A stretch of DNA of 64,000 nt, taken from IMG/VR virus record IMGVR_UViG_3300045988_047044, positions 32,182 to 96,181 of that record, one strand, 5' to 3'. Made by a program: the position numbers and the translations under genes. This document shows, piece after piece, positions 20,464 through 29,490 of this stretch. Each line of letters starts with the position of its first letter. Within the stretch, counting starts at the first letter, position 1. Under the pieces are notes generated by a model. The model worked only from the letters and a program-made list of their open reading frames with translations. It was not told the origin of the DNA and made no database searches. The DNA is from a virus.

Positions 20464-20549
20464 TAGCTTGAGTGGGATTCGAACCCACACGTCCATTTCT
20501 GGACACCAGAGCTTAAATCTGGGGCGTCTACCAATTTCGCCATCAAGCC
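20464..20549 (-). tRNA. tRNA-Leu(TAA): tRNA-Leu (anticodon TAA)
   Basis: Type II tRNA: anticodon stem CCAGA/TCTGG, loop TTTAAGC, long variable arm, T-arm GTGGG-TTCGAAT-CCCAC. Confidence 0.6.
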
Positions 20550-20783
20550 ATACCCTTATACTGACATCATGACCTTGATTGTAACTACAATTATCATTCC
20601 TATAGTACTTATAGCAGCTATACTTAAGAATATCTTAACCCATTTAAAGTCACAATCCCATATAGTTAGTAACATAGCTATTAATGCAGCCACAAATGCA
20701 ATGACTACAGTAATCATTAATGCTGTTTCCATATCAATCTCTTACTAAGTCTATCCAATTAATTAGGATATGATACAACCACC

Positions 20784-21179
20784 TCATAATACGTAATCGC
20801 AATAAGTGTCAACAAAATCCTTAGCTTCTTTTAAACCACATTTAGCAGATTCTTTTACATGCTTAACTGCTTGCAGTTTGGAACCAGTCTGTACAAACTG
20901 TTTCATCTTAAAGAAGTCTTCACATGACAAATCAATTGTATTATTCCAACGCTTCCTGTATGCAAGCATTGCATCACTATACTCTTGAGGATGTTCTGTC
21001 CAGGTAATTTGTTGGTCTAATATAACTGTACAAGTTCCATCAAGTATATCATATTCTCTAGATTCTACGGTGAATTTACCAGCTTCTAACACTACTATAT
21101 CAGTAGGAAATGGAATCATCTCTGATGAGATTGATACTTCCTCTATTGTCTTATCATCTTTTACAAATTTTACAAACAT
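20784..21179 (-). CDS. hypothetical protein
   Basis: 131 aa ORF. Confidence 0.4.
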   Translation of the reverse strand: MFVKFVKDDKTIEEVSISSEMIPFPTDIVVLEAGKFTVESREYDILDGTCTVILDQQITWTEHPQEYSDAMLAYRKRWNNTIDLSCEDFFKMKQFVQTGSKLQAVKHVKESAKCGLKEAKDFVDTYCDYVL

Positions 21180-21204
21180 AATCTTTAAGTATTAATTAAT
21201 AACG

Positions 21205-21278
21205 TAGCGAGAAGGTGACTCGAACACCCAACCTTGCGATTATGAGTCGCACGCTCTAGCCAGTTGAGCTATCTCGCC
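21205..21278 (-). tRNA. tRNA-Met(CAT): tRNA-Met (anticodon CAT)
   Basis: D-arm GCTC-AACTGGCTA-GAGC, anticodon stem TGCGA/TCGCA, loop CTCATAA, T-arm GGGTG-TTCGAGT-CACCT. Confidence 0.6.
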
Positions 21279-21532
21279 ATTAATAAGAACATAAAGCTCA
21301 TCGTGTCTACATCGTTACCAATGCAACCTTAATACCTCCCGTTTGCTTCACTGCCGGCTAGTCTGGCTTTGTCTCCTTATGTTCTTATATATGAATAATC
21401 CGCCTGGCAGGGCTGCGAGCTGCCTTACCAATTATTGACGTCAGCTAATCTATGGAATAGCACGTCTGCTAAACTGAAATAGCCCTATAGTCATTTCTAC
21501 ACCTGCTCACATTTAAGTGGTGGATTACATGT

Positions 21533-22384
21533 TTATCGGTATTTATCGAACATGCTGTCTGATGCTTCTTCTCCCCACATAGACACGATAACAATACCTA
21601 CTTTGGTAGCCCTAAATACTATTGGGTCTTCTAACCTTCTTTTACGGTCTTCTTCAGCTTTAGAGAAGATTTCTATGCGAATATTATTCTCCATAGTATC
21701 ATAAGGCGCTGCAATTAGCCAAGTGTTATGGTCTAAATATGAGGTGCCAAGATGTAGGTAATCTTCCTCCTTATAACTTCCACCTATAGACCTCATGTAC
21801 TGATAACCACGGTCAATACCTTTGAATACAAATGGGAATCTAGAGAAATACTCAACAAGCCGTTTGGTCATGTCCTTAGACATTCTTGAATCTATTCTCG
21901 CAGCTTCAACCCAACTGACGTAGTTAAGATTTAAAGAGTTCAAAGCGTTAGAAGCCTTTGCTATTTGTGACACATTCTCACTTGGAATGAATCCGCTGAA
22001 GGTCGATATTGGACCACAATACAAATTGTACTTCTTCAGGATTGCAAAGAAATCCTCGTAAGTTACAACCAGTGCATCAGGATACGATTCTTTAATCCAG
22101 GATGTTATTTCGTTAACCTTCTTCAGGTCTAATTTCTCTGGACCTAAAGCTGACTTATACTTCTTAGACTCGAGAATAGTCCTAAGGGTATCTGCATTCT
22201 TAGTTCTACCTAAACCTGCTGCTTCCAACTTATCAAGCTCCTCTTTGATTTGCTCGGAATTGTCAAAGTCTTGATTGCCTTCTACGTACTTCTTATAGTA
22301 CTCCATAGATGCTGTTACTAAGGCTAAACGTAACGCATCTGCACTCAATTTCTCCATACTATGATAAATGTTCTTTAATATCAA
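21533..22384 (-). CDS. uncharacterised paralog family protein, copy C
   Basis: N-terminal AAGLGRTKNA and C-terminal ...KVGIVIVSMWGEEASDSMFDKY match copies A and B. Confidence 0.5.
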   Translation of the reverse strand: MILKNIYHSMEKLSADALRLALVTASMEYYKKYVEGNQDFDNSEQIKEELDKLEAAGLGRTKNADTLRTILESKKYKSALGPEKLDLKKVNEITSWIKESYPDALVVTYEDFFAILKKYNLYCGPISTFSGFIPSENVSQIAKASNALNSLNLNYVSWVEAARIDSRMSKDMTKRLVEYFSRFPFVFKGIDRGYQYMRSIGGSYKEEDYLHLGTSYLDHNTWLIAAPYDTMENNIRIEIFSKAEEDRKRRLEDPIVFRATKVGIVIVSMWGEEASDSMFDKYR

Positions 22385-22817
22385 TCATGTATTTTATACC
22401 TTCAATTATCACACATGCTAGCCCGCCAACGAGCATAATGAAGTATAATGCAACAATTAGTGGTTCCCAACCAGTCCCATAATCACTTCTATTAAGATTA
22501 AAGCTAAGCCTATTAGGCTTGTTATTAATAAAAGCTCTATCATAGGTTGGTTTGTCTACACGTAGTTTAAACTGATTGTCTCTACCGTCAGCTATTAGTG
22601 TAAGCTCATATACAGTATGCGTCTGTTGATTAACTGTTTCGGTATAACAGTCCTTAGCAACTACTGTAGTCCACACAGGTTTGTCAATACAGGTTTCTTT
22701 AACTAAGTTAGATTTACATCCTCCTAGTCCTACTAAGCACACCACCAGCCATATTACTATCAAAGTTGCATGTCTGAAAGTGTTAGCTGGTGGTCTCATA
22801 TCAACAATTGTCGGCAT
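22359..22817 (-). CDS. membrane protein
   Basis: 152 aa with N- and C-terminal TM segments (LIVIWLVVCLVGLGG; LIVALYFIMLVGGLACVII). Confidence 0.4.
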   Translation of the reverse strand: MPTIVDMRPPANTFRHATLIVIWLVVCLVGLGGCKSNLVKETCIDKPVWTTVVAKDCYTETVNQQTHTVYELTLIADGRDNQFKLRVDKPTYDRAFINNKPNRLSFNLNRSDYGTGWEPLIVALYFIMLVGGLACVIIEGIKYMIDIKEHLS

Positions 22818-22996
22818 CTTCTGTCAATAATTTAGTTGCCTTATCCATTCCTAACTCGTAAGCTTCAGCAATTAATACTGCCGCACTTGCTATAGAAAGC
22901 TTACCACCTTTGTCCTCTGCTACGTTAGCTGCATTTTCAAGCAGCTCACTTAAAGTTTCTACCATAATTAAATACATTTAATAGTTAATAATCTAG

Positions 22997-23078
22997 TAGG
23001 GTAGGTGAGACTCGAACTCACACGAGCTTAGCTCATTGGTTCCTAAGACCAACGCGGCTACCGTTACGCCACTACCCC
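22997..23078 (-). tRNA. tRNA-Leu(TAG): tRNA-Leu (anticodon TAG)
   Basis: Anticodon stem TTGGT/ACCAA, loop CTTAGGA, long variable arm, T-arm GTGAG-TTCGAGT-CTCAC. Confidence 0.6.
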
Positions 23079-23082
23079 ATTG

Positions 23083-23301
23083 TTACTTCATCAAATTGAT
23101 AAATTCATCTTCATGTCCTCTATAGTATCGCTGAAGATATGCAATATACACGGCTTCGTCCTTAACTATTTGAGGGAATTTGGATTCAAATTGTTCTACT
23201 TTCTCTTCTCCTACTATACTTACATGAAAGTCTCTAGGTGTGTTATCCACCTTAGTTGCAGACATTAATAAGACTAATAGGAATATCAATAAATGTTTCA
23301 T
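23083..23301 (-). CDS. small secreted protein
   Basis: 72 aa with signal-peptide-like MKHLLIFLLVLLMSATKV. Confidence 0.35.
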   Translation of the reverse strand: MKHLLIFLLVLLMSATKVDNTPRDFHVSIVGEEKVEQFESKFPQIVKDEAVYIAYLQRYYRGHEDEFINLMK

Positions 23302-23348
23302 TTAGTTGTTAATAAAAGGAGAGCGAGATTGCTCTCGCCCTCCAAGGT

Positions 23349-24806
23349 TTATTTGTTGTCTTTCTTCTCCGTAGAATAGTCCTTACGGTCGAGTTCCCAC
23401 TGATACTCACACATCTGAGTGATTGCTTCAAGCTTCTCTGTACCCAGAACGAGTTTGAGAGCATTTACCAATCTTTCAGCCGGAGTTTCCACAACAGCTT
23501 TCTTGGATGCAAGTCCAAGTTGACGTTGATAAGATTCAACGCTAGCTTTGATATGGAACGATGTTACATGGGTTTCTTCTGTAAAGATAAGTTTGGATTT
23601 GGTTGATTCAACGATTTCAGCCATAAATGCCGGAGCAATTTCAGCTTCTTGAATGTAGTTACATACTTCACTCAAATCATCGTCGATTGTATATCCTTCT
23701 TCAGCGGTGAAGGTAGAACGGATGAATTTCTCCGCAGTTTCAGCGTCCAGACAGTCCATGGTAATCACAGAACCAATTCTCTTACCTCTCAAGAAGGTAG
23801 GTTCAATCAATTCAATGTGATTAGTAGTGAACAAGGTGATTACGTTCATGTCTTTGGTATCACCACCGTCCAGAGTATTCAGGATGTCTTGCATAGCAGC
23901 ATCTCTGTTACCTCTAGTTACTTGGTCAATATCTTCAACAAATACGACAACACCATGGCCCGAACGGTCAACAACTTTACACATGCGCAGAGTTTCTGCA
24001 AGAAGAGAAGGATTCTTCAAATACACGAATGACCAGCCGTTTGTCACAGCATCTTTAGCCAGCTTAAATGCCAGCAAGGTCTTACCTGTACCATATTTAC
24101 CTTCCAGCAAACAACCGTACTTCAATGGAATACCTTTAGCCAGACATTTCTCCGGATACAAGATTCTTGAACGTAGCGGTTGCAATTCAAATTCAGTCTT
24201 CTTAGAAAGAACCATGAATTGTTTCTCAATGCCGGCAAGTGTCATGATAGTAGGTTCAGACAGATTGCTGATTTCCAGTGCTTGATTCTTGTAGATAGAC
24301 TCCGATGCTAACAGCTCTTTAGTTCTGTCAACAATATCATCAATCAATGACTGGTATTTGAACTGGCATTGTCCTTTAATAAGGAGCAAATGACGGTCAT
24401 TGTCATAGTTGATGTTGATTTCAGAATCTTCTCCCAATTCTTCAAGGCTGATTTTACCAAACGGAACCTTGGTACGAGAACCGTCTGCCAGAACAACGTC
24501 TACGGTATCAATATTGCTGTTTCCAGAAGGACTGTTATCCTCCTTACTAACGGCAGAACCGAAGATTTCATTGATTGCTCTGTTCAACTGATATACACCG
24601 TCCGGTTTCCAACAAAGCAGCGAGTATTTGAAACTTGCCATTTTCTTGGACTGTTTGATTTCACCTTCGATGAATCCCAGAGCATCAGCATACTTCACGT
24701 TGCTTTGGAGCACTTCAATCATTCTCTGTTTCTGAGTTTCCTCGTACTTGTTAACTCTCTGCTTAATAGCAGCTGTAGTTCCTTGCGGAATAATGTTCTT
24801 TGCCAT
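23349..24806 (-). CDS. AAA+ ATPase
   Basis: Walker A GKYGTGKTLLAFKLA and Walker B VVVFVEDIDQV, plus a sensor-1-like TTNHIELI and an arginine finger region; 485 aa with an N-terminal extension. Confidence 0.6.
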   Translation of the reverse strand: MAKNIIPQGTTAAIKQRVNKYEETQKQRMIEVLQSNVKYADALGFIEGEIKQSKKMASFKYSLLCWKPDGVYQLNRAINEIFGSAVSKEDNSPSGNSNIDTVDVVLADGSRTKVPFGKISLEELGEDSEININYDNDRHLLLIKGQCQFKYQSLIDDIVDRTKELLASESIYKNQALEISNLSEPTIMTLAGIEKQFMVLSKKTEFELQPLRSRILYPEKCLAKGIPLKYGCLLEGKYGTGKTLLAFKLAKDAVTNGWSFVYLKNPSLLAETLRMCKVVDRSGHGVVVFVEDIDQVTRGNRDAAMQDILNTLDGGDTKDMNVITLFTTNHIELIEPTFLRGKRIGSVITMDCLDAETAEKFIRSTFTAEEGYTIDDDLSEVCNYIQEAEIAPAFMAEIVESTKSKLIFTEETHVTSFHIKASVESYQRQLGLASKKAVVETPAERLVNALKLVLGTEKLEAITQMCEYQWELDRKDYSTEKKDNK

Positions 24807-24809
24807 TAC

Positions 24810-25082
24810 TTAATTAGGTTTATTAATCTTATTTACTTCTTTAATGATTGCCTCACAATTCTCTCTTGTTGTAGTTAAACAACCAAGTTGAATAATAGAA
24901 CCGTCTTGAGTGATAGTCAGGTTCTTCTCTTCGATTGTTTCCCTACATAGACCTCCTCTGATAATTCTTTTAATGAGTGGAAAGGGTAATATAGTATTCT
25001 TACAGAATATCATATTCTTGCCTTCCACATAAATGACATCGTAGCCGTCAATGCTACCTACTACCTTACTCATTCGATTCAA
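24810..25082 (-). CDS. hypothetical protein
   Basis: 90 aa ORF directly downstream of the AAA+ gene. Confidence 0.35.
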   Translation of the reverse strand: MNRMSKVVGSIDGYDVIYVEGKNMIFCKNTILPFPLIKRIIRGGLCRETIEEKNLTITQDGSIIQLGCLTTTRENCEAIIKEVNKINKPN

Positions 25083-25095
25083 CTATTAACTGTGT

Positions 25096-25169
25096 GGGCC
25101 CGGCCGGACTTGAACCGACAACCTCCTGATTATGAGTCAGTTTCTCTAACCGATTGAGATACGGGCCCC
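25096..25169 (-). tRNA. tRNA-Met(CAT): tRNA-Met/Ile2 (anticodon CAT)
   Basis: Acceptor GGGCCCG/CGGGCCC, anticodon loop CTCATAA, T-arm GTCGG-TTCAAGT-CCGGC. Confidence 0.55.
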
Positions 25170-25264
25170 GAACGCCCATGTTTACTCACAATTAACAGTT
25201 CTCAAAGAGTAGTGTTGTTAGTGACTTCATGATAAATTCTATTTTAAACTGAAATAATTAGTAG

Positions 25265-25336
25265 TTGGGCTACCAGGATTCGAACCTGGGCTACAAGAGC
25301 CAAAACCTTGTGTGACTACCACTACACCATAGCCCA
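25265..25336 (-). tRNA. tRNA-Gln(TTG): tRNA-Gln (anticodon TTG)
   Basis: U1-A72 start TGGGCTA/TAGCCCA, anticodon stem CAAGG/TCTTG, loop TTTTGGC, T-arm CCAGG-TTCGAAT-CCTGG. Confidence 0.55.
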
Positions 25337-25357
25337 GTAAAAGGAGTCCGAAGACTC

Positions 25358-26425
25358 CTAAACTAACTTATCGAATATCATGGGCTGTATCGACATCCAT
25401 AAATTTGCTAGCATTTCTCGCTCTGCGTCAGATGCTTCATCCCAATGTGATACGTACAATTTCTCCGTTCGTTCATTCCTATAAGGAACTTTAAATGAAC
25501 GGTTAATGCGTACACTGTGTGCGAATAGGTCTTTGTCGAAATCAATAGCCCTAAGCGTCTTCTGGAAATCGTTGAACTTATTATTAGGGTCATCGACATC
25601 CCTAACAGACATTCCAGAAGGAAATGGGCCGTTACCATGCCTTGTTATATAAGGACGAGTTACATAACAAGTTTGGATTTCTTTACGTATGCCTGCTTTC
25701 CGCAACAGCTCGTAAGCGTTTTGTGAAGTTGTATTAGACGGAGTGCAATAAGGCATTATGCCGAATCTTTGGTCAAGCAATATTCCCTGTGAACCTTCAA
25801 ACACTAGGTTGTCATAGTTTAACAAGCAATCTTCATTAACCGTACCTGTATGTAAGAAATAAGCATGTGCTAACCTACACCAGTTGTCTAGGTCTATCGA
25901 GGGATATTTACTAGACATGTTGTAATAGTTATCCACTATGGCATTTAATTTCTCACGTAGTATGTAAGGATTCATACAATCTACAACTGTTAAGCTGTAT
26001 CCTGCCTTAACTCGGTCCAAACAAGCTTTAAACCCTGTACCTACAGTACCATGTCGTAAGTTCTCTTCGTTATTAACTTGGGAATAGACATCGAAGGGAA
26101 TTACAACTTGGCAGTGAGGGTGATACTGAACAATGGGACGAACTCCCATTTTAGCTAAGTCTGCACCCTCTAACATAGAGGTAATTGGGTCTACAGTACA
26201 GTATTCGGACCAATACGTCGGCACTCCAAGTAAGGTTCCGCTGCCAAAGTTACTAAAGGTGTGCATCATGTCTCCATGCTTTACAGTATGTCCTACTTGA
26301 TGTCCACCACTAAACCTGACTACTAATACAGACTCTCGCTTACCTATGTACTTGTTACATAAGTTGTGAACTGTCTGTCCCTTACCGCAATCGCCGAAGA
26401 AACTACCTAAAACTATATTTATCAT
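25358..26425 (-). CDS. adenylosuccinate synthetase homolog (PurA-like; possible PurZ)
   Basis: N-terminal P-loop VLGSFFGDCGKGQ (PurA GDEGKGK) and RFSGGHQVGHT (PurA GGHNAGHT); 355 aa, shorter than cellular PurA (~430 aa). Confidence 0.6.
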   Translation of the reverse strand: MINIVLGSFFGDCGKGQTVHNLCNKYIGKRESVLVVRFSGGHQVGHTVKHGDMMHTFSNFGSGTLLGVPTYWSEYCTVDPITSMLEGADLAKMGVRPIVQYHPHCQVVIPFDVYSQVNNEENLRHGTVGTGFKACLDRVKAGYSLTVVDCMNPYILREKLNAIVDNYYNMSSKYPSIDLDNWCRLAHAYFLHTGTVNEDCLLNYDNLVFEGSQGILLDQRFGIMPYCTPSNTTSQNAYELLRKAGIRKEIQTCYVTRPYITRHGNGPFPSGMSVRDVDDPNNKFNDFQKTLRAIDFDKDLFAHSVRINRSFKVPYRNERTEKLYVSHWDEASDAEREMLANLWMSIQPMIFDKLV

Positions 26426-26429
26426 AAAA

Positions 26430-27179
26430 TTACGCTATTGTGCTACTTAATGTATGAGTTATCTCTGCTTCACATTGTCTACAATTCACCCTTATCAAGG
26501 TAACTGCATCCTTATGTCTATCACAGAAATCATTAAGTAGCTGGTCCCTGTATTGCTGCATTTGGAAATCAGCCATGCTATCATAGAATCTATAGGTTGG
26601 GCTGAAGTGCTGTTCCCCATCGTACTCTATGAAATACTGACGTCCTTTATGCTTTACAAAGAAATCAATAACTAATCTATGTGAGGGCCTGTCTATCTCC
26701 TGGTTAATCAATACGAATTGTCGTTCATAACGAATATTACTTCGTTGTAACCACGCTTCAATCATGTTCTCTCCACGAGACTGTTTGCATCTAGGACATC
26801 CACGTCCTTTCAGATGGTTATCTGGAGTTACGTAAAATTCCCCGTGCTTTTTGCACATGATACAAACCTTAGTTCTAGAATTAACATACTCTACTTTAGA
26901 GTAGTTATATCTATCGCCATGTTTGCTAACAGCCTTCCTTACAAATTCTTCGGTAGTAGAAGAGAAGTGGTTTCTTAGTTTAGTACCCTTGCATTTAGGG
27001 CATCCATGCTTCCTATTAATATGTTTGGCGGGAGTTTGTTCAAACTCTCCATGCTCTGGACATATAATGGTTACTTTAGAGTTCATATCTACATAGACGA
27101 CTTTACTATAGTCGTATTTGTCTCCATGAACATCTCTAAACCTAGATATTACTTCCTCCTCGGTCAATTTCTTACCCAT
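26430..27179 (-). CDS. homing-endonuclease-like protein with duplicated zinc-ribbon modules
   Basis: Tandem repeat of YDYSKVVYVDMNSKVTIICPEHGEF...CPKCKG and YNYSKVEYVNSRTKVCIMCKKHGEF...CPRCKQ, then a C-terminal IDFFVKHKGRQYFIEYDGEQHF nuclease-like motif. Confidence 0.45.
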   Translation of the reverse strand: MGKKLTEEEVISRFRDVHGDKYDYSKVVYVDMNSKVTIICPEHGEFEQTPAKHINRKHGCPKCKGTKLRNHFSSTTEEFVRKAVSKHGDRYNYSKVEYVNSRTKVCIMCKKHGEFYVTPDNHLKGRGCPRCKQSRGENMIEAWLQRSNIRYERQFVLINQEIDRPSHRLVIDFFVKHKGRQYFIEYDGEQHFSPTYRFYDSMADFQMQQYRDQLLNDFCDRHKDAVTLIRVNCRQCEAEITHTLSSTIA

Positions 27180-27213
27180 GTACTGTTCCTAATACAATAC
27201 TAATCATTTCAGT

Positions 27214-28146
27214 TTAATAAAATTTGTCATTACTATCAGACGGCACATCTTGCCATTCTTGACTAACAGAAGCACTAGGAGCTAAACCTTCAGCAGGCTC
27301 CTCATAGTTCTCTTTAATTGCGGTGACAATCACCTTGTCTACTTCTCCAGATGCACATGTTAATACATTCTGTCCAAGTAAAGTCTTCCAAGATTCAGCA
27401 ACCCTTGAGCCATGACTGGCATTAGTAATGTGAATGTGGAATACATGGTACTGTTCCTTTGCTTTGTCAAGAGCTTCTTGACAAGTAATGGTTTTAGCAC
27501 CTTTTTGATATCCTAGAACACGTTCTAAGTAACATCCCTCTACCTTATCGAGATTTGGTTCATCTCCAATAGTAAATAGGAATCCCTTAGTGTGTCTTTC
27601 AAACCAGGAATCAGTTTCAGTATGATAACCTGCCACAATATGAGCTAGTAGATAGCTTTCGCCTCTATTACCTCCTCCTCCACCTTCAATCACGAACGAT
27701 TGTAAAGTGTCAAGAATTTTAGCTGTATCAGACTCAAACTGCCCAATTTGAATTGGATATCGGTCATAAACGTGGTCCCCAACTGCCATAAACATGATTT
27801 GTGGGTCACGTACACCTAGTTGAATGAGAGAGTCCATAATCTTAGGGAATTGGTCTCTAATCATTTCATAAGGTGTGTCCATCATTGAACCAGTAACGTC
27901 TAGCGCAATGATTATCGGAGTAGAGAAAGGATGTTCTTTAGAATCACGAGATTCACGAACACCCACGTTAACCATTTCTTGCCTTATCTGCGTGTTATAC
28001 TGCCTAACATTGTTGTTAAGCGATGCAGCAGTATTACATGCATTAATGGCATGGCTACTAAAGAGTTCATCCCTAGTAGAGGTGTACAAACCTCTACTGC
28101 TGGCCTCTACATCATAAGCAATTCTAGAATAACTACCTGCTCCCAT
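27214..28146 (-). CDS. von Willebrand factor A (vWA) domain protein
   Basis: MIDAS motif IIALDVTGSMMD (DxTGS) with downstream conserved T and D; 310 aa. Confidence 0.5.
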   Translation of the reverse strand: MGAGSYSRIAYDVEASSRGLYTSTRDELFSSHAINACNTAASLNNNVRQYNTQIRQEMVNVGVRESRDSKEHPFSTPIIIALDVTGSMMDTPYEMIRDQFPKIMDSLIQLGVRDPQIMFMAVGDHVYDRYPIQIGQFESDTAKILDTLQSFVIEGGGGGNRGESYLLAHIVAGYHTETDSWFERHTKGFLFTIGDEPNLDKVEGCYLERVLGYQKGAKTITCQEALDKAKEQYHVFHIHITNASHGSRVAESWKTLLGQNVLTCASGEVDKVIVTAIKENYEEPAEGLAPSASVSQEWQDVPSDSNDKFY

Positions 28147-28149
28147 AAA

Positions 28150-28530
28150 TTACTCATTTACAATTGCAGCAGCGTCATCTTTCACGTCATCCAAATTAAT
28201 GGATTCTGATGCATCAGCGGGAAATTCTTCTGCGTCGACTTGCATAGCTAGAGCAAGTTCAATCTTTGCAACACGCAGTTTACGTGCCAATTCATGTCTC
28301 GTTCTTACCCATTCAGCCGGATTCAGTCCTTCTCCCGGATTCAAAGAGTCTCTTGATTTAACAGCTAGGTCATTGTGTTTGTTGATTTCTCCCTGAATGC
28401 GAAGTACTTTCAACTTACAATCCTGAACAAATCTGTCTTCCTCGATTTTAGCCAATTCATACAGATTCTGCGCTCTTGCATCAAGTACACTTTGTCCACT
28501 CTTACTTAATTTCTCTTTAAAACTGCTCAT
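28150..28530 (-). CDS. hypothetical coiled-coil protein
   Basis: 126 aa; its start lies 4 nt from the vWA gene stop. Confidence 0.35.
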   Translation of the reverse strand: MSSFKEKLSKSGQSVLDARAQNLYELAKIEEDRFVQDCKLKVLRIQGEINKHNDLAVKSRDSLNPGEGLNPAEWVRTRHELARKLRVAKIELALAMQVDAEEFPADASESINLDDVKDDAAAIVNE

Positions 28531-28617
28531 TTACACTTACATTTAACATGTTAAATTCAATAAGCATCTCTGTGTGGTAATTTATAATCTAACTGTAATC
28601 ATCTAGGATTACAATCG

Positions 28618-28700
28618 AGCCGACTGTCAGATTCGAACTGACGTGGAGTTTCCTCTCGTGATTACAAGTCACGTGCAATCAACCACTATGCGAAGTCGGC
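28618..28700 (-). tRNA. tRNA-Thr(TGT): tRNA with Thr anticodon (TGT) and unusually long variable arm
   Basis: Acceptor GCCGACT/AGTCGGC, anticodon stem CGTGA/TCACG, loop CTTGTAA, T-arm GTCAG-TTCGAAT-CTGAC. It has a 14-nt variable arm with a GAGG-AAA-CTCC stem, which is class-II-like and atypical for Thr. Confidence 0.45.
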
Positions 28701-28758
28701 ATAAACAGGAGACGATGTTACCAAGTGTGCTGACATCTCCTTCGTAAATCAAAGAAAG

Positions 28759-28830
28759 CGGTGCATACGGGATTCAAACCCGTGGTCTCCTCATAGACAG
28801 TGAGGCATCCTATCACTGAACGAATGCACC
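28759..28830 (-). tRNA. tRNA-Asp(GTC): tRNA-Asp (anticodon GTC)
   Basis: Acceptor GGTGCAT/ATGCACC, anticodon stem CCTCA/TGAGG, loop CTGTCTA, T-arm ACGGG-TTTGAAT-CCCGT. Confidence 0.6.
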
Positions 28831-29135
28831 ATGAAGCTTGCTTAACCTACCCTCTAAACCTATGCTTGGACTTGCAGTCAGTTATTCAGATATTGTCCCT
28901 TCCCGCTAGCTGAGTCATTCTCTTACTGTAATCATGTGTCCAACTCACAATTACTATTCAGATGTGCCAAATGGGACATGGCAATTCATAGAAAGTGGGT
29001 GCTAGCCGTTTCTATCCCACCATTGCGTACTACAGTGCTAGCTACCGTCTAAGCTCCTATCCCTTACGTCGCCTTAGAGTGTACATGATTATTATTGCCT
29101 AACCAGTTACCTGATTGGAAGGATTATGTACGAGG

Positions 29136-29207
29136 TACTGCCAACGGGATTCGAACCCGTATTTTCAGTGTGAGAGACTGATTACCTAACCCTTAGTAGA
29201 TGGCAGT
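29136..29207 (-). tRNA. tRNA-Glu(CTC): tRNA-Glu (anticodon CTC)
   Basis: Acceptor ACTGCCA/TGGCAGT, anticodon stem TCAGT/ACTGA, loop CTCTCAC, T-arm ACGGG-TTCGAAT-CCCGT. Confidence 0.55.
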
Positions 29208-29490
29208 GTGTTAAATAGTCGTGAGTAGTTAATTGCAACTATGACAAAATTAAGATTAAAGTCAAAGACCAGCCTATTGCTATCTAGGGCAAAGTCAAAG
29301 GAATTTTGTAACTTCGCAATAGACTGACAGGGTTTGAATTAATAATACTTAATTATGCTGGAAATCGTCCCTGTATGAAATACAGAACACGATTAATTTG
29401 TCGACAATGCATCGACTAGAGTCTTTGATGCAATTCATACTACTCACGCAAAGCTATGTTAGAATCCAATGAGATTCAAGACTATAGCAC

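Noticed and set aside
25358-26425. A firm PurZ (Z-genome) assignment for the PurA-like gene.
   Set aside because: It is kept only as a hypothesis. No DatZ, MazZ or DpoZ is seen in this window, and PurA homologs also occur in phages with normal DNA.
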